From positions 31,751,112 to 31,815,111 of the forward strand of contig OZ316891.1 in the NCBI GenBank assembly GCA_973895155.1: a stretch of 64,000 bases of DNA. Reading direction: 5' to 3'. Below, piece by piece: positions 37,870-48,980 of the stretch; positions within the stretch are counted from its first letter, which is position 1; each line of letters starts with the position of its first letter. The translations under genes and the position numbers were made by a program. The stretch comes from Marsupella aquatica. Lineage: Eukaryota > Plantae > Marchantiophyta. Under the pieces are notes generated by a model. The model had not been told where the DNA came from. It did no database searches and saw only the letters and a list, made by a program, of their open reading frames with translations.

Positions 37870-38225
37870 TTCAAGTTGAGGGAGTTTGAGTTTAGGGTTT
37901 AGGATTTAGTGTTTAGGGTTTGGTTGGGGGTTGAGGGAGTTTAGGGTTTAGGGAGTTTGGGTTGAGGGGGTTGGGGAGTGGTGTAGTGGGGGTTTAGGGA
38001 TTTTGGGTTTGGCGGGTTGGGTTTTGGGTTGGGTTAAGGGAGTTGGAGAGTTGTGTGTTGGGGGTGGAGGGAGTTTGGGAGTTTAGTTGGGGAGGTGTTG
38101 AGGGAGTTTGAGTTGAGGGGGTTTGGTTGGGGGTTGAGGGAGTTTGGAGTTGAGGGAGTTTAAGGTTTAGGGTTTAGGGAGTTTGTGTTGAGTTGGGGCA
38201 TGGTGTAGTGGGGGTTTAGGAGAGG
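37870..38225 (+). repeat. Degenerate telomere-like G/T-rich tract
   Basis: Several TTTAGGG units mixed with GGGAGTT and GGGGGTTGAGGG variants; almost no C on the + strand. Confidence 0.75.
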
Positions 38226-38229
38226 AGAG

Positions 38230-39100
38230 GGTTCTAGTGGTGAAAGAAGGGAGTATAAAGGAAGGAAATTCTGCCAGATTCACATGCGAGCAGGAGATAT
38301 TACCCAAGAATGTTTTCAGAATCCATATAAGAAAGGGGGTAATGTGACAATAAATGCAGCTGAACAAGGGTCACGAGAGATTGAAAGAATAGAAAAGAAT
38401 CAAAGTTATTATAATCCTGACAGACAATATTCAAATAAGAGGAACTTCAGGGAAGAGGGAGAAAGACCTCCCCTTACTTGCTATTATTGTGGGAAGCCCG
38501 GACATATAAGAGAGGCTAAGTGTGAATTATGGGTGCAACATAATAAAGAAAGAACTAAACCCTAAAGAACAGAATCGTGTAAGAATTCAGACAATGGATG
38601 TGAATATAGTGACTAGGTCACAACAGGTAGAGCCACCAATCGTGTTAGCTCCACCGTCGAGTGGAGTACCAAGTACCAGTTGGGAACAATTGGACGCTAC
38701 AACACAAGACACAGCAGAACAAATCTGACAACATCAACAAAGTGAATTGCTGCCAAGTCCAGAAAGATTAATGGGTTTGGATGATAGAATAGAAGATGGA
38801 GCTGAAATTTTAGAGTCTGATGAGAGTTTTCAAGAAGAAATCAGAGAGTCCTTTCCACATGAGGAAGACCCAATAAGTGATGAATCATTAAGGGAAGAAC
38901 CATTGAGAACGGAACAAATCAGAGCAAAAAGTGAGCAAGAGATAATAAAGAAATTGGTAGAGGTTATTTCAAAGGCTAAAGTGGAATTAACTTGAAGAAT
39001 TGTTATGTATAGCTCCACAATGCACAGAGGCATTGTTCAAGAAAATGAGTGAGGGAGCACAAGAGACAGCAGTACCAAATACCAGTGAGCTAAGGGAAAG
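38230..39100 (+). pseudogene. Retrotransposon gag remnant (zinc knuckle)
   Basis: CYYCGKPGHIREAKC followed by VNIVTRSQ and an acidic linker, typical of gypsy Gag. Confidence 0.6.
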
Positions 39101-41199
39101 GACAACTACAACAAGAAATGAAGAAGATAATAAGCAGGAATTACCACTAACACCAACTTATAAGTTGTAAAAGACAATATTAGCTGATAAGGGAGCAATG
39201 GTACAGTTAAATCAAATCTAACACTATAATACTCAATGCCCCTCTTTTTAGTTTTCATTCGTTTATGAAAAGTGCAATGGGCGGGAATGATTCCCTGCCA
39301 ATGGATCATCTTACATTTTTTGCAGACCATTAGATGACCAAAATAAAGTGTCATGGTGTTATAGGGATGTGGGGATGACTCGCATGCCTTGGGATGAGGA
39401 TGTTACTTTTGAGTGCCATTGGATTAAAAAAAGTGGTTCAGAGCAAGTACGAGGAATGTGAGTATGGGGTCCAATGGGATAGGGATGGGAGTGACATGTA
39501 GAAGGAATAGGAGGGAGCACAAGTTAGTGCATTAAAAATGTCAGAGTGGATAGTGAGGTAAACATGTGTGTTGGCAATGGGGTACCACACTGGAAAAGGT
39601 GTGAGGTACAAAGACATGTATGGTACAAAAACAAGGTAACTAAGGGAAACAAAAATACATCCTAGATACCAAGTCACTTATAATACAAAGGCAAGGAAAT
39701 CCACGGGGAGAGAATATAAAATTTTAAGATCCCAAGAGTGAGAGCGAGGTCACAATTCTATTCTGCATTTAGAGGAAAGATGTGTCCATAAACTTTATTC
39801 CAAAATATACGAGGAGGATACTTAATATATCCAAATTGCCCCCAAGGCCACAAATAGACTTTCTAAATATTTGTTTTTGGTGGGGGAATGATTTTCTCTG
39901 TTTAGTTAGATTTTGAAGAGGGGGCTGGGCTATTAGTTTTTCTCTTTGTTTTTTGTGAGGGTAGTTTTTGTGGCCTCTCTTTGATCTCTTCTTTTTTCAA
40001 CATGTTTTATGCACAACTTCTTTATGCTCAACACATTTTGTTCTTGACATATTTTCCATTTGACATCTTTCACACCCAGTTGTGTTTTCTCTCTGTATCC
40101 TTTGCATGCTAGAGATATTTTCTACTTGGCATCAAGTACTATAATATGCAATTTGGCCAATTCTGGGGGGATTGTCTGCTTACAAAACTCAAAACGAATG
40201 GAACACAATCTTGATTGTCTGCTAAAAACATGTAGATGCGTGCCCTTCTGAAGCTCTTCGATCATGAGCCCGATTATTTTTGTCCGTTCATCAAATGAGC
40301 CAATCTACGGCTCAAAATGCAGATCTTTTTTAGATCTACGTCTCAGAAATAACCAGATCATCAAATGATAAAAATGAGGGAGAAAAATGATAAAAACAAT
40401 CCAAACAATCTCATTCTGAATTTTTGGGCAGGTCGGGCAGGGACAAGTGTACCATCGGGTGACTGGGCAAACCACTGGGAAAATATTCACACAATATTCC
40501 ACTACTATTAATTTTCTCAGTCCTTTTCCGGAAGGGTCAAAGAAAGACCTACATGGCGGTGGGCATAAAGTTGCTCCTGGGAGAGTGATGACGTGCGAAT
40601 TGTAGCGGCACTGGCTTGCTGATTCTCATAGCCAAAGAGATATTTTTACTTGCTTCCACATATTCAGGGATGGCCATTTTAATTTTTCTAGACCTTCATG
40701 TTTCATGGAGAAGAGGGTGGCCATATTAATTTATCCAGGCCTAATTAAATGTACTTTGTGATTTTTCTCTTCAAACTTCTGGTGTTTTATAGAGAAGAAT
40801 ACACTATAAAAAACGTCAATGTGACTATTTACAAAAGTTTGATCAGATTAAGCTTCGGACTGTATTTGACTGATATCTAGCCAAAACATGCCTTTAAGGG
40901 CGTGTTTCAACAAGTAACACCAATAGCAAATTAAAGCATTTTACTCAAGAATATGAGAACCCCGGGGTAGAGATTGGAAGTTGATTGCAAGCTATATGCC
41001 CATAATAGGGAAGCCAGAAATGCAAGACGCCCCCAACAATAGTGCACAAGAGGGGACTGAAGTTTCTAAGGTGCCACAACCCAATGTCACGGACCCTTTG
41101 GTACAAGAAACAAGTGTGGCAACATCAAGTGTCAGAACCCAAGCGAAGCTATTAAAGGCCAACCGCGAGTAATATGCAAGATACCATGTTTGCATCACT

Positions 41200-41420
41200 T
41201 TCAATCTTGCCCTCACCTCCACATCTTGCCCTCTCCTCGACATCTTTCCCTCACCGCAAAATCTTGCCCTCTCCTTGACATCTTGCCTTCACCGCAAAAT
41301 CTTGCTCTCTCCCCGCAAAATCTTGCCCTCTCCTCGCCAAATTGTCCTCCCCGCAAAATCTTGTCCTCTCCTCGACATCTTGTCTTCTCCTTGACATCTT
41401 GCTCTCGTCTCAAAATCTTT
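41200..41420. repeat. Degenerate tandem repeat of about 20-21 bp (CGCAAAATCTTGCCCTCTCC / CGACATCTTG variants)
   Basis: About 10 units visible; gives SPQNLAL repeats in translation. Confidence 0.8.
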
Positions 41421-41506
41421 CGTGCAACGCACGGGCATGGGGCTTGTTAAATATAAAAGGAACCAAGATTAAGATTCTTGGATGGTGGTTCAGCAATTAA
41501 TTTAAT

Positions 41507-42112
41507 GAGCTAACAATCCTTGTAGAATTCACAATCTGTTAAGACTTACCTGTCGTAGTGGCTTCGGATTGCTGAATTGCTATAGTTGCTTCTCGGGGAG
41601 TGGTATCGAGCTGTGCGTAGTAGCTACATTCTGACGAATCCAGTGATCCCTGTTAGGTTCGCGTTACCACTTTTACACGGCCTCTCGTCATGTCCTTTGG
41701 GCAGAGAATTCCTAGTAAGGCCCTAGCTATACTGGATGTTCTTCTGCGTTTCGAGCTTAGATTGCTGGGCAACTATACTTCTCACCTCTGAGCGCCCAAG
41801 GAAGCGGGACAGAATCTCTTTTTCAGCCCGGGATACTGTCCATCCTGGTTCAAGTCCTGCTCATTTCTTGCATGACGTCTCCTGCTGCCCGTCTCCTAAT
41901 TTCCCGTCACAATCTAGATCAATTTTGTTGCCGCTTGCTTCAACTTGTTGTTCTGAACGAATTGTCGAGCCTGCCCAATTTGCTACTCACACGGTCTGCA
42001 TAACACTTGTTCACAAGTTCTTCTTTGAAGAAACGTCGTCAATTCTTCGTTTGGTATGCAGGACACTTCAGTTGGAAAGGGTTCTTTCTTGGAGGGCGAT
42101 AAACAAGAGCAC
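41507..42112 (-). repeat. Right arm of the inverted duplication; decayed coding-like exon upstream of the PPR gene
   Basis: The minus strand reads TTFLQRRTCEQV...QIGQARQF, as in ORF 36347-36574, with stops; GTAAG donor at about 41549. Confidence 0.85.
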
Positions 42113-42950
42113 TCGCGCCATAGTTTTTCAGAGGGCAATGTGCAGGTATGACGGTGGGTTGCTTTGGGGTTTGGATGGAAGATCTCCTCATACTTTCACT
42201 TCTCAAAACTTGTAGTTTTGATTTTCAAGTTTTGATGGCAAAGCTGGGATGATTCGTAAAAGAGTCCAGCAGGAGGAATTGATCCTGGAGAAGATACCGC
42301 TACTGCTATGCTTCTAGGGCTTCCTCCAACTGTTACGCTGAGCTGAGATTGCTCTGCCCGGGCAAGGTTTCCCCAACAGAGCCTTCGCGTAATGAATATT
42401 CTTTCCTTAGTCCATGGGAAGGAAAGATGAGACTTGAAATTTGAGGGCTCTGCAACATTGCACTACTTAGGCTGATTTGAACCTTTGTCAAACAGGTAAG
42501 ATCGTATTTCTCAAAACTGTACCATTGAGCTCCGTATTCCCGGCACGGGAACAGAGCTGACTCGATGGAACTTTTGGATATGGACCGCTTTAGGCAACAG
42601 TCCTCAGCCAGGTATGATTAATTTTGTATGCATGTCATTTTGTTGGATTTGATGTGACCAAACGACCTTGAATACATTCTCAACAAAGACGTTTGATTTG
42701 CAGAGTTTATCCTTCATCTTCCGGTTTGATTGGTATTGGCATCCGCCATTGTTCTTCTACACGGCCTTCAGGTAATGAGACTGAAGAGCGATTTCAACAT
42801 TATGCGTACCTACTTCTAAACAGAAAGTCTTGTTCCAGCACCACGGTGTGACATTTATAGTTGCGGGAATTTCCTGCTATGAGGCTTATGTGATCAAGAC
42901 TTGAGGTGAACTTCTAGTTTGATTCCTTTTTTGTGTTAAGAAGCACAGGT

Positions 42951-42996
42951 AGGGCGGGGAGGGGAGGGGAGGGGAGGGGAGGGGAGGGAAGGGGAG
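42951..42996 (+). repeat. (GGGGA)n purine microsatellite, G-quadruplex-capable
   Basis: About 8 GGGGA units upstream of the PPR CDS. Confidence 0.85.
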
Positions 42997-43788
42997 GCTG
43001 TTACATTCATGTCGTATGTGTCTCTTCACGGATTGTATAAGAGCCAAGTTCAAGAATGATGGATAACCTTTATTTCTGAATTGTAGGAGAGTGAGGTAGG
43101 CGCTTTCACGTTCATGTCATCTGTGTCTAATCACGATGGATTCTACAGATGATGGCTAGGCTTTATTTCTAAGTACTCTCTTTTCAGAAACCTGAGATTC
43201 TGGTTTGTTTATAGCGCAGAAAGGACAGTGTAAGCAACTTACAAATTAACGCCTGTCAAGATGCCCTAAGAGTCTGTCCTGTACACAACCCAAGGATAAC
43301 ATGTGACTTCTGGCTGAAGTATTTTAGTACCAATTCGATAGGCTCTTGACTCTGTCCTTTCTGTGGGTACAGTGAAATACGGGAGAAGGAACGAGCTTGT
43401 TGATACCTGGATACGCCTTTCACAATTATTTCAATATTCTATTCTAAGATCATTGCATTCTTGACAGATAGCCGTTATTCTGAGTTGGAAAGGAGTCATT
43501 TAACTTTTGCAAGTTATCTGTACCAAAGATCACAGCAGAGCAAGGGAGACAAGAAAATACATCTTTGGTCGGAGGTAGGAATGCACCCTAGAACTCGAGA
43601 GGCTTACCGGTCTGCTATCCATTTCTGAACACTCATTGTAGAAAGATCACTGGAAACATAGTCGTCAAGAAATAACTACAACTTCATTGCACCTCGTGGA
43701 ATCTCCTGGATTTTATCCTGGTAGCAGATCTGATCGTGGGTTGTGGTGCTGACAGAGGAAGCCCAGAGCACCTGAGTACAATCAGAAG

Positions 43789-46700
43789 TTGACAAGACTA
43801 GCACTTTGGGTGGATGGATGGTCAACCCCAGCGTGGGTTAAGGCAAGGGCGAATTTGGTTACTCACTGCAGATTTCCATCTAATGTTAGTTATTACACGA
43901 GAGATCGGTCTCAGGCCACTGCAAAAGGGATTGGCAGTAGGCATATGCATCCTGGTACCACGGGTCAAACAATTGCTATGTTGAAAGCTCGTCTACAGCG
44001 AGGCATTGCTATAGACTCGTACACATATGTTAAAGTTCTGCAAATCTGCTTGCAACAGAAAGACCTTTCAGGAGCCAAGCAAATTCATGATTGCATCATC
44101 GAGAGTGGAATTCACGAAAATCCATATGTGGCAATCACGCTTTTGAATGTGTATATCAAATGCGGAGGTTTATCGGATGCACGTAAAGTTTTTGATCAAA
44201 TTCAGAAGAAGAGTGTTATTACTTGGACCAGCATGATTGCGGGATACGCTAGGAGTGATCATGTTGAATCTGCACTCGAAATTTTCAATCTAATGCGCCA
44301 AGAAGGCGTGAAGCCGAATGAGATCACGTATCTGAGCGTCCTGACTGCATGTTCAAGCCCATTAGCTCTCAATTGGGGAAAAGAAATTCATCAGGGTATT
44401 CGACATGCCGGCTTTGAATCGGACGTGCGTGTAGGGTCTGCTCTCGTACTGATGTACGCTAAATGTGGGGGCATCACAGAGGCAAGGAAGGTTTTTGAAA
44501 AGTTGACTAATCGAAATGTCATTACATGGAATGTTATGATTGGAGCATGTGCAGAACGTGGTGATGGTGTGGAAGCATATCGACTATTCCTCCAAATGAG
44601 ACGGGATGGCTTCGAACCAAATGCAATCTCCTATACGAGCATCCTGAATGCATCCGCATGTGATGGGGGTTTGGCATGGGTGAAGGACGTTCATGGCCAC
44701 GCTAGGAAAGCGGGACTGGAGTCAGATTTGCGTGTGGGCTCTGCGCTGGTTCACATGTATGCAGAGAGTGGCAGGATAGGTGACGCCCGACAGGTTTTTG
44801 ACAGAATGGAGAAACGCGATGTAGTCACATGGACTATAATGATCGGTGGACTTGCACAACACGGAAGTGGGCATGAAGCTTATCAATTGTTTCTCCAGAT
44901 GCGACGGGAAGGCTTCGAACCAAACGCAGTCACTTATGTGAGCATCCTGAATGCGTCTGGAAGTGGGGGGTCTTTGGAGTGGGTGAGGGAGGTTCATGGG
45001 CATGCTAGCAAAGTGGGACTGGAGTCAGACTTGCGTGTGGGCACTGCACTGGTCCACATGTATGCAAAGAGTGGCAGTATAGATGACGCCCGACTTGTTT
45101 TTGAGAGAATGGAGAAACATAATGTAGTCACATGGAACGTAATGATCGGGGGACTTGCACAACATGGATGTGGGCATGAAGCATATCGAATGTTTCTTGA
45201 AATGAGACGCCAAGGCTTCGAACCAAATGAAATCACTTATGTGAGCATCCTGAATGCATCTGCAAGTGCGGGGGCTTTGGAGTGGGTGAAAGAGGTTCAT
45301 GGCCACGCTAGCAAAGCCGGACTGGAGTCGGATTTGCGTGTGGGCAATGCACTCGTTCACATGTATGCGAAGATTGGCAGTATAGATGATGCCCGACTGG
45401 TCTTTGACAGAATGGAGAAACGCGATGTAATCACATGGACTGTAATGATAGGAGGGCTTGCACAACATGGATGTGGGCATGAAGCATATTCGTTGTTTCT
45501 CCAAATGAGACGTGAAGGCTTTGAACCAAATGCAATGACCTATACGAGCATCCTGAATGCATCCGTAGGTGATGGGGATTTGGCATGGGTGAAGGACGTT
45601 CATGCCCACGCTAGGAAAGCGGGACTGGAGTCAGATTTGCGTGTGGGCTCTGCGCTGGTTCACATGTATGCAGAGAGTGGCAGGATAGGTGACGCCCGAC
45701 TGGTTTTTGACAGAATGGAGGAACGCGATGTAGTCACATGGACTGTAATGATCGGTGGACTTGCACAACACGGAAGTGGACATGAAGCTTATCAATTGTT
45801 TCTCCAGATGCGACGGGAAGGCTTCGAACCAAACGCAGTCACTTATGTGAGCATCCTGAATGCGTCTGCAAGTGCGGGGTCTTTGGAGTGGGTGAGGGAG
45901 GTTCATGGGCATGCTAGCAAAGTGGGACTGGAGTCAGACTTGCGTGTGGGCACTGCACTGGTCCACATGTATGCAAAGAGTGGCAGCATAGATGACGCCC
46001 GAATTGTTTTTGAGAGAATGGAGAAACACAATGTAGTCACATGGAACGCAATGATCGGGGGACTTGCACAACATGGATGTGGGCATGAAGCATATCGAAT
46101 GTTTCTTGAAATGAGACGCCAAGGCTTCGAACCAAATGAAATCACTTATGTGAGCATCCTGAATGCATCTGCAAGTGCGGGGGCTTTGGAGTGGGTGAAA
46201 GAGGTTCATGGCCACGCTAGCAAAGCCGGACTGGGGTCCGGTTTGCGTGTGGGCAATGCACTCGTTCACATGTATGCGAAGATTGGCAGTATAGATGATG
46301 CCCGACTGGTCTTTGACAGAATGGAGAAACGCGATGTAATCACATGGACTGTAATGATAGGAGGGCTTGCACAACATAGATCTGGGCATGAAGCATATTC
46401 GTTGTTTCTCCAAATGAGACGTGAAGGCTTTGAACCAGATGCATTCACTTATGCGAGTATTCTGAATGCATCTGCAAGTGCGGGGGCTTTGGAGTGGGTG
46501 AAGGAGGTTCATGGCCACGCTAGCAAAGCCGGACTGGAGTCGGATTTGCGTGTGGGTAGTGCATTCGTTCACATGTATGCAGAGAGTGGCAGTATAGCTG
46601 ACGCCCGACTTGTTTTTAACAGAATGGAGAAACGCGATGTAGTCACTTGGAACATAATGATCGGTGGACTTGCACAACACGGATATGGGAAGGAAGCCCT

Positions 46701-47562
46701 GGAACTTTTCAGACAAATGAATGCAGACCATGTGAAGCCCACCGAGACGTCATTCACAGCTGTGTTGGCAGCCTGTTCTCATGGAGGCCTTGTTGATGAT
46801 GGCCGTAGAATCTTTTCTGCTATGACGCAAGATTATGGTATCGAGCGTACTATTTTTCACTATACCGTCATGGTGGATATTCTTGGCCGGGCGGGACACG
46901 TGGAAGAAGCAAAGCAGTTGATCAGTGAGATGCCGATCGAACCAGGTGATGTAACTTGGACAGCCTTGCTTGGGGCTTGTAGAACTTACGGTAACGTGGA
47001 GCTGGGTGAACTGGCCGCTAACGAGCTTTTCAAGTTGGAACCCGCTAAGGCCTCTACATACGTGCTGCTCTCCAATATCTATGCTGCAGCTGGGAAGTGG
47101 GAGAAGGTGTCATGTGTGCGCACTATGATGCGAGAGAGAGGTGTTCGGAAGGAGCCAGGACGTAGCTGGATCGCAGTTCATAACAAGATCCATGAATTTG
47201 TGGTGGGGGATACATCTCACCCAGAAGCGGAGGCGATCTATACTGAGCTGAATAAATTGAATGAAAAACTGAAGGCGGAAGGCTACATTCCGGATACCCA
47301 GCTTGTATTGCATGATATCAATGAAGAGGATAAGGAGCTAGCCCTTTGCTCTCATAGTGAGAAGTTGGCTATTGCTTACGGACTTATGCACCTACCTTGG
47401 GGAGAACCTATTCGTGTAAGTAAGAACCTTCGTGTGTGTTCAGATTGCCACTCAGCAACCAAGTATATCTCTAAGGTGACCGGACGCGAGATTATTGCAA
47501 GGGATGCAAATCGGTTCCACCATTTTAAAGATGGAATGTGTTCTTGTGGTGATTACTGGTGA
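43789..47562 (+). CDS. PLS-class PPR protein with E1/E2/DYW cytidine deaminase domain (organellar C-to-U RNA editing factor); first in-frame ATG about 43945
   Basis: Uninterrupted ORF with about 29 P/L/S motifs, PG box (KEPGRSWI), HSEKLA, LRVCSDCH and terminal CSCGDYW. Confidence 0.97.
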   Translation: MTRLALWVDGWSTPAWVKARANLVTHCRFPSNVSYYTRDRSQATAKGIGSRHMHPGTTGQTIAMLKARLQRGIAIDSYTYVKVLQICLQQKDLSGAKQIHDCIIESGIHENPYVAITLLNVYIKCGGLSDARKVFDQIQKKSVITWTSMIAGYARSDHVESALEIFNLMRQEGVKPNEITYLSVLTACSSPLALNWGKEIHQGIRHAGFESDVRVGSALVLMYAKCGGITEARKVFEKLTNRNVITWNVMIGACAERGDGVEAYRLFLQMRRDGFEPNAISYTSILNASACDGGLAWVKDVHGHARKAGLESDLRVGSALVHMYAESGRIGDARQVFDRMEKRDVVTWTIMIGGLAQHGSGHEAYQLFLQMRREGFEPNAVTYVSILNASGSGGSLEWVREVHGHASKVGLESDLRVGTALVHMYAKSGSIDDARLVFERMEKHNVVTWNVMIGGLAQHGCGHEAYRMFLEMRRQGFEPNEITYVSILNASASAGALEWVKEVHGHASKAGLESDLRVGNALVHMYAKIGSIDDARLVFDRMEKRDVITWTVMIGGLAQHGCGHEAYSLFLQMRREGFEPNAMTYTSILNASVGDGDLAWVKDVHAHARKAGLESDLRVGSALVHMYAESGRIGDARLVFDRMEERDVVTWTVMIGGLAQHGSGHEAYQLFLQMRREGFEPNAVTYVSILNASASAGSLEWVREVHGHASKVGLESDLRVGTALVHMYAKSGSIDDARIVFERMEKHNVVTWNAMIGGLAQHGCGHEAYRMFLEMRRQGFEPNEITYVSILNASASAGALEWVKEVHGHASKAGLGSGLRVGNALVHMYAKIGSIDDARLVFDRMEKRDVITWTVMIGGLAQHRSGHEAYSLFLQMRREGFEPDAFTYASILNASASAGALEWVKEVHGHASKAGLESDLRVGSAFVHMYAESGSIADARLVFNRMEKRDVVTWNIMIGGLAQHGYGKEALELFRQMNADHVKPTETSFTAVLAACSHGGLVDDGRRIFSAMTQDYGIERTIFHYTVMVDILGRAGHVEEAKQLISEMPIEPGDVTWTALLGACRTYGNVELGELAANELFKLEPAKASTYVLLSNIYAAAGKWEKVSCVRTMMRERGVRKEPGRSWIAVHNKIHEFVVGDTSHPEAEAIYTELNKLNEKLKAEGYIPDTQLVLHDINEEDKELALCSHSEKLAIAYGLMHLPWGEPIRVSKNLRVCSDCHSATKYISKVTGREIIARDANRFHHFKDGMCSCGDYW

Positions 47563-48980
47563 ACCCAGATTGAAAGCTGTGTTGGGCTGGCTGGAAAGTG
47601 ACTTCAAATCAGTAGTCACTGGCAGCGCAGATACAATCAGGTTTTGGGTGTAGCAATTCTATAACATTAATTTTGAGATTCTGCAAGTGGGGGTTGTACC
47701 TAGCCCTCTTCTGGCTGAAAGACCATTTCATGTAAGAGAAATGTCACGCAAGTTTCGTTTTGAGTGTCGGAATTATAGGTGCGTGAAATCAAGCTGTTGG
47801 CTTGATATGTAGAAGACATCTTAGTTGAGTATTGTCCTTAGATCAAAAGAAGAGTTTGCATACAGTAGCTGCCTTGCTGTGAACATGGTACTGGAAGGGA
47901 ACTCACATTGGTGACAGGAGACGAAAATCAAGGGCATAAAGATCAAATGCGCGGATGGCGACCTCCACGAGCAGAAAGCTTCAAGCAATGAGTCTTCGAG
48001 TTCATCGACTTGCAGGAAGCCTTTGGCCGAGACTGATGGATGTATTCAGATCTTCGAATACATCCATGTCGAAGATTAGATAATTCAATTCTAGTAAAGT
48101 GGCCATGTTCTTCTGCTTCAAAGGTAGTTGACAGTCTGGATTCGACCAAAACGATATGAAGTTCCATATGTACTCAACTGTGTGAGCTTCCCAGATTCGC
48201 AAGATACGGTCGTGAAACGTGCTCGAAAGCTTGTTAGCTACTCTGGGCTTAGGGAAGGCGTAAGGGAATAATTCTCAAATGACGCGAGAATGGAATGATG
48301 CACTGTACAGTACTATCGTGAAGGATTATCGGACAAGGCAGGAAAGTGGACTGTATTTGCAGTAGAAACTTTGCTACGTTGACGGCGTGATTGAATCCGA
48401 AAGCTCATAGACCGTGCGCGTGAACGTAGAAGGGAGCATAGTTCTGCAAGGAATAGTGGAGTAGCATGCGTCTGTTGCTTCTGCTGGGCCCATGCCTACT
48501 TCAAGAAAATAGATTCATGTGTAGAAGGTCTTGAGAGAGAAAAAATAACAATCAGGGCATTAGGTAAGTATTCAAATGGAGGAGAACACCTTGCTATCAT
48601 AAAAACTCCTGCTGTCACCATAGTAACTGCGCTTAATCTGTTATCTTTTCTTTTTGGCTTGAATTTGTTTTGGGTGAGATGTTGAAGACGTCTGGTGGAA
48701 AGACACCATTCTTCATTTGAATTAATCCAAAAACAGTCAGGCAGCAATCAACCACTAAATTTAATGTTCTTGACACTGGAATGCCAATCTGGCAGTTGTT
48801 TTCCTCAATCCTCAATTCAACGAGAAAACAGGAAACTTTGCTAGTGACACTGGAAATGGCTAGCGAGGCGGACCTGATGGGTCGGGAAATAAGTCACGTT
48901 GACCAATATCCCATTAATCTTTGACCTCCGTCTGAATAATTCTCATTGCAAATGTGGACCTCCTCCACATATTTAAAAGC

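Noticed and set aside
39100-41180. Short ORFs in AT-rich DNA
   Set aside because: No recognisable domains; likely degraded TE or intergenic sequence.
44722-46757. Repeated antisense ORFs within the PPR gene
   Set aside because: Shadows of the repetitive sense-strand codons; no independent coding signal.
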